In this document: positions 58,148-64,000 of the stretch, in pieces
Layout: each line of letters starts with the position of its first letter
Numbering within the stretch: the stretch's first letter is position 1
Source: an uncultured Clostridiaceae bacterium
GTDB lineage: Bacteria > Bacillota > Clostridia > TANB77 > CAG-465
DNA length: 64,000 bases
Direction of reading: 5' to 3'
Assembly (NCBI GenBank): GCA_947169155.1
Contig: CAMVON010000006.1
Location: 987-64,986 of the forward strand
The notes under the pieces: model-generated
The model's input: the letters and a program-made list of their open reading frames with translations, nothing else
The model's database searches: none
What the model was told of the DNA's origin: nothing
Translations under genes and position numbers: made by a program

Positions 58148-59350
58148 GTGAATAAATCATTTAAAATTCTTACAGTATTTGCTTTGTTATTTGTATTATT
58201 TTTTTACTCAAATTTTATATATGCAAATGGTTATTTATACGATTTAATACAGAGAAGTGATGTTAGTAGTATAGCGACAAATGCAAATCCTTCATTTAGT
58301 TTTGAATCAGAAGCGCAAGTTTTGATGGAAGTGGAAACTGGAAATATACTATATGCAAATAATGCAGAAGAAAAAATGCTTCCAGCGTCTGTTACTAAAC
58401 TTATGACCCTGCTTTTGCTTATGGAAAAAATAGACTCGGGAACAATTAGTTATTCAGATACAATAATTTGCAGTAAAAATGCATCTGAGATGGGTGGCTC
58501 ACAGATTTGGTTTGAAGAGGGTGAATCATTAACTGTAGATGAAGCTTTAAAGGCGATTTGTGTGGTTAGTGCAAATGATGTTACTGTTGCTGTTGCAGAA
58601 AAAATTGGTGGTAGTGAAGAGAACTTTGTTCAAATGATGAATGAAAAAGCAAAGTCTCTTGGAATGAATAATACTCATTATATAAATTCACATGGAATAG
58701 ATGAAGACGGACATTATACTTGTGCATATGATCAAGCACTTCTTGCAAGAGAATTAATAACTAAACATCCAAATATTTTAAAGTATACTTCAATTTGGAT
58801 GGATACTTTAAGAAATGGAGAAACTGAGCTTACAAGTACTAATAAATTAATTAGATTTTACGATGGCGCAACAGGGCTGAAAACTGGTTATACTTCTCTT
58901 GCAATGTATAATTTGGTTGGAAGTGCAACACGTGGTAATACAACTTTTATTTCAGTTATTATGAAAGCGCCTAGCTCAGATGTAAGACTTAAAGAAACAA
59001 AAACATTGTTAGATTATGGTTTTTCAAATTTCGAAACAAAGAAACTTGTATCGCAAAATAATGATTTAGATGAAATTGATGTAGATAAAAATATAACTGA
59101 AAAATTAAAAACTAAAATTTGTGAGGATGTCTATGCGCTATGTGAAAAAGGTTCACAGCCAAATTTTGAAACAAATATTGTTTATAATGAAAAGATTTGT
59201 GCACCGTTATATGAGGGTGATGTTGTTGGTAAAATTCAAATACTTAATAACGGAGAGTTGTTTGATGAAAAAAATATAATTTGCACAAATGATGTTTTAA
59301 AGTCTAATTTTTTAGATTATTTTAAATATCTTTTTTATAACTTTTTTTAA
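58148..59350 (+). CDS. D-alanyl-D-alanine carboxypeptidase (low-molecular-weight PBP, DacF/DacB-like)
   Basis: Signal peptide, then the SxxK motif (LPASVTKLMT), SxN and KTG (GLKTGYT). The start is GTG at 58148 (RBS gaggtgg) or GTG at 58139. Confidence 0.85.
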   Translation: MNKSFKILTVFALLFVLFFYSNFIYANGYLYDLIQRSDVSSIATNANPSFSFESEAQVLMEVETGNILYANNAEEKMLPASVTKLMTLLLLMEKIDSGTISYSDTIICSKNASEMGGSQIWFEEGESLTVDEALKAICVVSANDVTVAVAEKIGGSEENFVQMMNEKAKSLGMNNTHYINSHGIDEDGHYTCAYDQALLARELITKHPNILKYTSIWMDTLRNGETELTSTNKLIRFYDGATGLKTGYTSLAMYNLVGSATRGNTTFISVIMKAPSSDVRLKETKTLLDYGFSNFETKKLVSQNNDLDEIDVDKNITEKLKTKICEDVYALCEKGSQPNFETNIVYNEKICAPLYEGDVVGKIQILNNGELFDEKNIICTNDVLKSNFLDYFKYLFYNFF

Positions 59351-59382
59351 AACTCAGTAATTAATTTTACTGAGTTTTTTTC
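59349..59382 (+). terminator. Rho-independent terminator (aaactcagtaa-ttaatt-ttactgagttt + T-run)
   Basis: An 11-bp perfect stem. Confidence 0.85.
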
Positions 59383-59565
59383 ATTCTTAAAACATAAGCA
59401 AAACAAACCTATTTCGACAATATTACATTTATATTTCAATTCAAAATACGACCTTAGTTTTGTTTTTTCTCGGTTGATTTTTTATTATATTATATATATA
59501 ATTAAAAGAGAAATTAACTTAAAAATTAAGTATTATTAAATATTTTTTATGGAGGTTGATAACAA

Positions 59566-60597
59566 ATGATAGGAATGAGTCAAATCAAAAAGAAAATGAT
59601 ACAAGGTATTGTTATTGGTGCAAGTGCTGGTATTGTTCTAGCTATTGCTGTAGGAGTTTTTTCTTTTTTCACAATTAGATCTTATAGCAATGGTACAAAT
59701 AGCAATTATATTAAAAAATATACAACACCAGTAGTTGTTCTAAAGAGGGATATTGTACAAGGTGAAGTAATAACTTCAGATATGATAGATACTGTAAATG
59801 TTAATAATAGTACAGTTCCAACTGGTACAGTTACTGCTGCTTCTATTGTTGGACTTACAGCTAAATACAATATTGCTGCAAAAGTACCTATTACAGAAAA
59901 TATGGTAAGTAGTGAAGTAGTTGCTGCTGACGTTAGAGATGTTGAAATTAATACAGTTCTTATGCCTTCAGATTTAGTAGAAGGAGATACTGTTGATGTA
60001 AGAATAATGTTCCCTAATGGTACAGACTATATTGTACTTGCACAAAAAACTATAGATAAAATTTATGATACAACTTTCTGGCTAAAATTATCTGAAGATG
60101 AAATTGAATTATTAAACAGTTCAATTGTTGATTCTTTCTTAAACAGTGGTTCTAAATTATATGCTTTAAGATATACAGATAGTGATTCTCAAGTGAAATC
60201 TTCAGAAGATATTGAAAGTGAAACTAAAGGATATCTTGAAACAGTTATTGAAAAAGATTGGGAAAAAATTGTGGATATGGATGCTACAGAAGGAGCAAAC
60301 AAATTATACGAGTACATCTATAAATATAAAAACTTTGCAAATGCATCTACTAAAACAACACAAAACTATCAACCAAATACATATGTTATGACTGCTATGA
60401 AATCTAACCAATATTTACTAAAAAATGCAACTTCAGAACTTGCAAGATTAAATGCTGAGACAAGATCTACTATTGAAAGTGGAATTAAAAATTATCAATC
60501 TCAAAATAGTGGAAGTTATGAAAATATAGTAACTGGAGCACAACAATCTATTATTACACAACAAACACAAAGAGAAAATTTACTTGAAGGTAAATAA
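59566..60597 (+). CDS. cpaB: Flp/Tad pilus assembly protein CpaB/RcpC-like (SAF domain)
   Basis: N-terminal TM, then TPVVVLKRDIVQGEVITSDMI (SAF/CpaB N-terminal domain); RBS ggagg. Confidence 0.7.
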   Translation: MIGMSQIKKKMIQGIVIGASAGIVLAIAVGVFSFFTIRSYSNGTNSNYIKKYTTPVVVLKRDIVQGEVITSDMIDTVNVNNSTVPTGTVTAASIVGLTAKYNIAAKVPITENMVSSEVVAADVRDVEINTVLMPSDLVEGDTVDVRIMFPNGTDYIVLAQKTIDKIYDTTFWLKLSEDEIELLNSSIVDSFLNSGSKLYALRYTDSDSQVKSSEDIESETKGYLETVIEKDWEKIVDMDATEGANKLYEYIYKYKNFANASTKTTQNYQPNTYVMTAMKSNQYLLKNATSELARLNAETRSTIESGIKNYQSQNSGSYENIVTGAQQSIITQQTQRENLLEGK

Positions 60598-60625
60598 TAG
60601 AATTTAAAAAAGAGGGGGAGATAAA

Positions 60626-61333
60626 ATGCAAGCATTAGGAATGTACGGGTATGTAGATAAATATGATTTCGTTATTACTGTAGCTAAAACATTAGGCATA
60701 ATGGGAAAATCAGTACTAGTAATAGATGCTACATCAGATGAAAAGTATAGATACTTAATTCCTGCTATAGATAAAAGCCAATGCTATTTAACTCAATACA
60801 GTGAAATAGACTTTGCTGTAGGTTTTACATCATATGAACAATTACAATCTTATCTTGTTGAAAGAGGAATAGATATTCAAAGATATAGCTATGTAATTCT
60901 TGATGTAGAAAATTATGAAGGCTATAGAAAATATAAAGGCTTAGAAATAAATAAAGCGTATATGTTTATAGATACAAATGTTGTATCTGTAGCAAGAAAT
61001 GATGAATTGGTTCGAGTTATGCGAGGAGAAAATCCAGAAAAAGAACTTTTATTTACAAAGGTACTATATAGAGCTTATATGTCTAGAGCAGCTAATAATT
61101 ACTTGGAGGAGAAAATTGGAAATTATGCTGTAAAGTGGACTGATGAAGTTTACGAAATAAGTATGGATGAACAAGATGTTATGGTTAATATCGATTCTCA
61201 GTATAGCGGAATGGTAGAAATTAAAAGGCATACAAAACCTTTTGTATTATACTTATGCGAATTTGTATCTAAGATTTTAGGAGATACAAGCTCAAAAGAA
61301 ATACTAAAAGAGATTAAAAGGAGGAAGAACTAA
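60626..61333 (+). CDS. ParA/MinD-fold (CpaE/TadZ-like) protein with non-canonical Walker A
   Basis: AKTLGIMGKSVLVIDAT resembles a deviant Walker A carrying an extra residue; a SIMIBI-fold beta-strand/P-loop pattern is present; RBS agaggggg. Confidence 0.45.
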   Translation: MQALGMYGYVDKYDFVITVAKTLGIMGKSVLVIDATSDEKYRYLIPAIDKSQCYLTQYSEIDFAVGFTSYEQLQSYLVERGIDIQRYSYVILDVENYEGYRKYKGLEINKAYMFIDTNVVSVARNDELVRVMRGENPEKELLFTKVLYRAYMSRAANNYLEEKIGNYAVKWTDEVYEISMDEQDVMVNIDSQYSGMVEIKRHTKPFVLYLCEFVSKILGDTSSKEILKEIKRRKN

Positions 61334-62145
61334 TGGCTAAGATTGTATTTTGGAGTCCAGAAGAAGGTAAATCAGGATGCACTCATGTTGCTATTGCTGT
61401 TAGCTCGCTTCTTGGAATAACACATAAAACATCATCATTACTTATAGATGCAAATTCAAATGCAAAAAAGATTGCATCATCTTTTACAATGTATGATGAT
61501 TTGGTAAATGCTAATAGTTTTAATGATACTAATATGGGAATGAATGCAATTATGAGACTAATTAAATCTAATAAATTGTCACCAGATATCATTCAAAACT
61601 ATTCAAAACCAGTTCTAAAAGGAAGATTAGATATTCTTTATAGTGCAATAGCAAATACAAATACTGAAGAGAGAGAAAATTTAATAAGTATGCCTCTAAT
61701 AGCTAAGAATGCAGATGAGGTTTATGATTTAGTTTTAATTGACCTTCCAAAAACTATGACAGATGATAGTGCAATTAGAGTTATGGAACAAGCAGATATT
61801 TTAGTTTGTGTTGTTCCACAAGAAATTGAAAAACTATCTAATTTTATTAAGAAAATAGAGTTTATTGATAGCATAAAAGATAAAACAAAGATATATGTAA
61901 TTGGAGATTATGAACCAAATTCAAAATATAATTTGTTTAATTTAAAACTAAAATTTAAAATACCAGATCCTTGTTTGGTATTACCACATAATTATTTATT
62001 TGCTGATGCATGTAATGATGGAAATGTGTTAGATTTCTTATATAAAAATCTAAATGCTCAAGCAGGAGACTACAATGGTAACTTTATGCTAAAAGCAACA
62101 GAAATTGTAGAGGAAATAGTAAAGATATTAAAAATAAAAGAGTAA
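61333..62145 (+). CDS. ParA/MinD-fold (CpaE/TadZ-like) protein with degenerate Walker A
   Basis: KIVFWSPEEGKSGCTHVAIAVS stands where MinD has SGKGGVGKTT; a Walker B-like segment YDLVLIDLP is present. The start overlaps the upstream stop. Confidence 0.45.
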   Translation: MAKIVFWSPEEGKSGCTHVAIAVSSLLGITHKTSSLLIDANSNAKKIASSFTMYDDLVNANSFNDTNMGMNAIMRLIKSNKLSPDIIQNYSKPVLKGRLDILYSAIANTNTEERENLISMPLIAKNADEVYDLVLIDLPKTMTDDSAIRVMEQADILVCVVPQEIEKLSNFIKKIEFIDSIKDKTKIYVIGDYEPNSKYNLFNLKLKFKIPDPCLVLPHNYLFADACNDGNVLDFLYKNLNAQAGDYNGNFMLKATEIVEEIVKILKIKE

Positions 62146-62155
62146 GAGGGGTGAT

Positions 62156-64000
62156 ATGATGTCAGTTGCATTTGTATTTAATATTTTGTTAATACTATTA
62201 CTACTTGCATTTGTAGCTGCATTTTTCTACTATAGGGTAAAAAAATCTGGTGCAGATCAAATGGTAGAAGATAGTTTAACAAGAGAAAAGACAACATATA
62301 GTCTTTCTACTATGCAAAATTATATTAAAAAACAATTTGATGAAATCACAAGAATGAACTTATATGATTTGGCTCTTTCAGAAGAAGAATTTGAAAGAAG
62401 AAAAAATGTTAAATACGAATTAAAGAGAGCTTTAAAAGGTGCTGGATATGCAGATTCAAATGATAAGAAATACGTTAAATCTCTTATGTTTGATTTACTA
62501 AAAAATGATTATAAGGTAAATAACTTTAACATTAACCATGCAATACCTTTTAATAACTTTAATGAGTTAACATCTCAGGATAAATTTGAAATAATAATGC
62601 ATATGTATAAGAAAACATATAAGGCAGAAGCCTTAACAAAGATAATTACTAAGTATGCACTAGATTATCCTAAATATGAGTTTGATGAAACAGTTCCATC
62701 ATATGTAATAACTCCAAGAGAGATAGATGAGATATTTACAGATGAAGTTTCACCAGAAACATTATCTTTTGAAGATAAACTTGAAATAGTAGTTCAAAGA
62801 ATTTACCAAGAATATAAAGGATACTCAGTAGTAGATGACATTAGAGATATGAATATCGATGGTGTATCTGGTGGTGTATCTGGTATTCCACCATCATTCT
62901 TAGATCAATTAAGTGACATGGATGATTATTTACAACAAATGAATGAAAGTAAAATACCAATGTCATACGATTCAGTATGGATATTCTATAAAGGTAAAGC
63001 AATGTACTTATCATTCTTATCTTTTGGAAGTGAAGCAGAATTAAAGAGAGTATGTCAAAATATATATAAATATAATAATCCAGGACAATTATCTGAATCT
63101 GTAGGTTACAAAATAAATGAAATGAAAGATGGTTCCAGAGTTGTTGTTTTAAGACCAAACTTCTCAGAATCATGGGCGTTCTTTGTAAGAAAGTTTGCTC
63201 CACCTACATTAATTTCTCCTGAACAATTGCTTATTCATGAGAATAAAGAAAATGTTATTGAATTATTAAAATATTTAATTAGAGGAGCACGAGTTACAGC
63301 AATCACTGGTGAGCAAGGTTGTGGTAAAACTACATTGCTAATGGCGATTATGAAATTCTTGTATCCAACTATTACTATTCGTGTACAAGAAACTGCATTC
63401 GAATTACACTTAAGAAAAATTTATCCATATCATAACATCTTATCTTTAAGAGAAACAGATACAATAACTGGACAAGAAGGTCTAGATGTTCAAAAGAAAA
63501 CAGATGGTGGTGTTAATATCTTAGGAGAGGTTGCAACTGACCCAGTTGCTGCATGGATGATTCAAATGGCCCAAGTTGCTTCTAAGTTTACACTATTTAC
63601 GCATCACGCTAAGACTTTTCCTAACTTAATAACTTCTCTTAGAAACTCATTATTAAAGATTGGAATGTTTAATAGTGAAAATGTTGCTGAAGTTCAAGTT
63701 GTTCAAGTTATAAACTTTGATATTCACTTAAAGAGAGCTGTTGATGGTACAAGATATATTGAAAGAATAACAGAATGTATCCCACTTGAACAAACTTATA
63801 CATACAATAATGACTATAGAAAAATGAAGGATACAAACCAAAAATTAGATAAATTTATGGATAATGCTGTAGAGTATTTCCAACATATGACTCAAGCACA
63901 AAATTATACATATAGAAATATAGTTGAATTTGTAGATGGAAAATATGTATTTACAAATCCAATAAGTGAAGAAAACATTAAAGCTATGAGAGATAATATG
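62156..64000 (+). CDS. CpaF/TadA-type secretion ATPase (VirB11 superfamily) with ~300-aa N-terminal extension beginning with a TM helix; 3' truncated by window edge
   Basis: Open frame from ATG 62156 (RBS aagagggg) to the window end, not in the ORF track because it has no stop. Contains Walker A TGEQGCGKTTLL, Asp box, Walker B and His box FTHHAKT. The N-terminal MMSVAFVFNILLILLLLAFVAAFFYY is a TM helix. Confidence 0.7.
   Translation, partial: MMSVAFVFNILLILLLLAFVAAFFYYRVKKSGADQMVEDSLTREKTTYSLSTMQNYIKKQFDEITRMNLYDLALSEEEFERRKNVKYELKRALKGAGYADSNDKKYVKSLMFDLLKNDYKVNNFNINHAIPFNNFNELTSQDKFEIIMHMYKKTYKAEALTKIITKYALDYPKYEFDETVPSYVITPREIDEIFTDEVSPETLSFEDKLEIVVQRIYQEYKGYSVVDDIRDMNIDGVSGGVSGIPPSFLDQLSDMDDYLQQMNESKIPMSYDSVWIFYKGKAMYLSFLSFGSEAELKRVCQNIYKYNNPGQLSESVGYKINEMKDGSRVVVLRPNFSESWAFFVRKFAPPTLISPEQLLIHENKENVIELLKYLIRGARVTAITGEQGCGKTTLLMAIMKFLYPTITIRVQETAFELHLRKIYPYHNILSLRETDTITGQEGLDVQKKTDGGVNILGEVATDPVAAWMIQMAQVASKFTLFTHHAKTFPNLITSLRNSLLKIGMFNSENVAEVQVVQVINFDIHLKRAVDGTRYIERITECIPLEQTYTYNNDYRKMKDTNQKLDKFMDNAVEYFQHMTQAQNYTYRNIVEFVDGKYVFTNPISEENIKAMRDNM

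Noticed and set aside
62841-63203. Minus-strand 120-aa ORF listed in the ORF track
   Set aside because: It lies entirely inside the plus-strand CpaF/TadA ATPase reading frame, which runs unbroken from 62156 to the window end with clear Walker motifs. It is a shadow ORF.
1-64000. CRISPR arrays, tRNA/rRNA genes, IS elements or integrases
   Set aside because: No regularly spaced direct repeats, no cloverleaf-compatible GC-rich ~75-nt segments in intergenic regions, and no transposase or integrase-like ORFs. The only exact dispersed repeat is the 44-nt hairpin pair at 36346 and 38227.

Overview
AT-rich (about 30% GC by eye) chromosomal window from a low-GC, spore-forming Firmicute that looks like a Clostridia member. 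Evidence for the spore-former call: Spo0A, an alpha/beta-type SASP, YabG, YqfC/YqfD, a DacF/DacB-type carboxypeptidase and MecA are all present. Gene density is high, almost every gene has a Shine-Dalgarno site, and most transcription units end in clear rho-independent hairpins. There are no rRNA or tRNA genes, no CRISPR array and no obvious transposase.

Gene content in order:
- 3' end of fusA, then tuf, a stand-alone acpP, and rnc.
- A tightly packed operon of radical-SAM, Alg14-like and Alg13-like glycosyltransferase halves and a split transketolase, with an unknown gene wedged between the two transketolase halves.
- rarA, cvpA, comEA, a REC+HD-GYP regulator (convergent), mecA, then rpsF-ssb-rpsR, yabG and a GNAT acetyltransferase.
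- rpsT, then folC co-oriented with a P-loop dNMP/dN-kinase-like gene and a ThyX-fold gene lacking the RHR motif.
- An S10-spc ribosomal cluster with its own sigma-A promoter and leader, running rpsJ through secY. It lacks rpmD (L30) and lacks the adk..rplQ part that usually follows secY.
- helD, a SASP, and spo0A.
- A two-gene cassette bounded by two identical 44-nt terminator hairpins.
- gdpP-rplI-dnaB-tilS-ftsH, then rpsB-tsf-pyrH, secDF, several membrane or WG-repeat hypotheticals, and yqfC-yqfD-ybeY-dgkA-cdd.
- A penicillin-binding D,D-carboxypeptidase, then the start of a Tad/Flp-like locus: CpaB, two ParA/MinD-fold proteins with degenerate Walker A motifs, and a CpaF/TadA ATPase with an unusual N-terminal membrane anchor (3' truncated by the window edge).

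Synteny is heavily rearranged relative to typical Clostridia.

Most interesting candidates:
- The ThyX-like/kinase/folC operon.
- The hairpin-flanked cassette with an in-frame stop.
- The atypical Tad-like locus.
- The gene inserted between the split transketolase halves.
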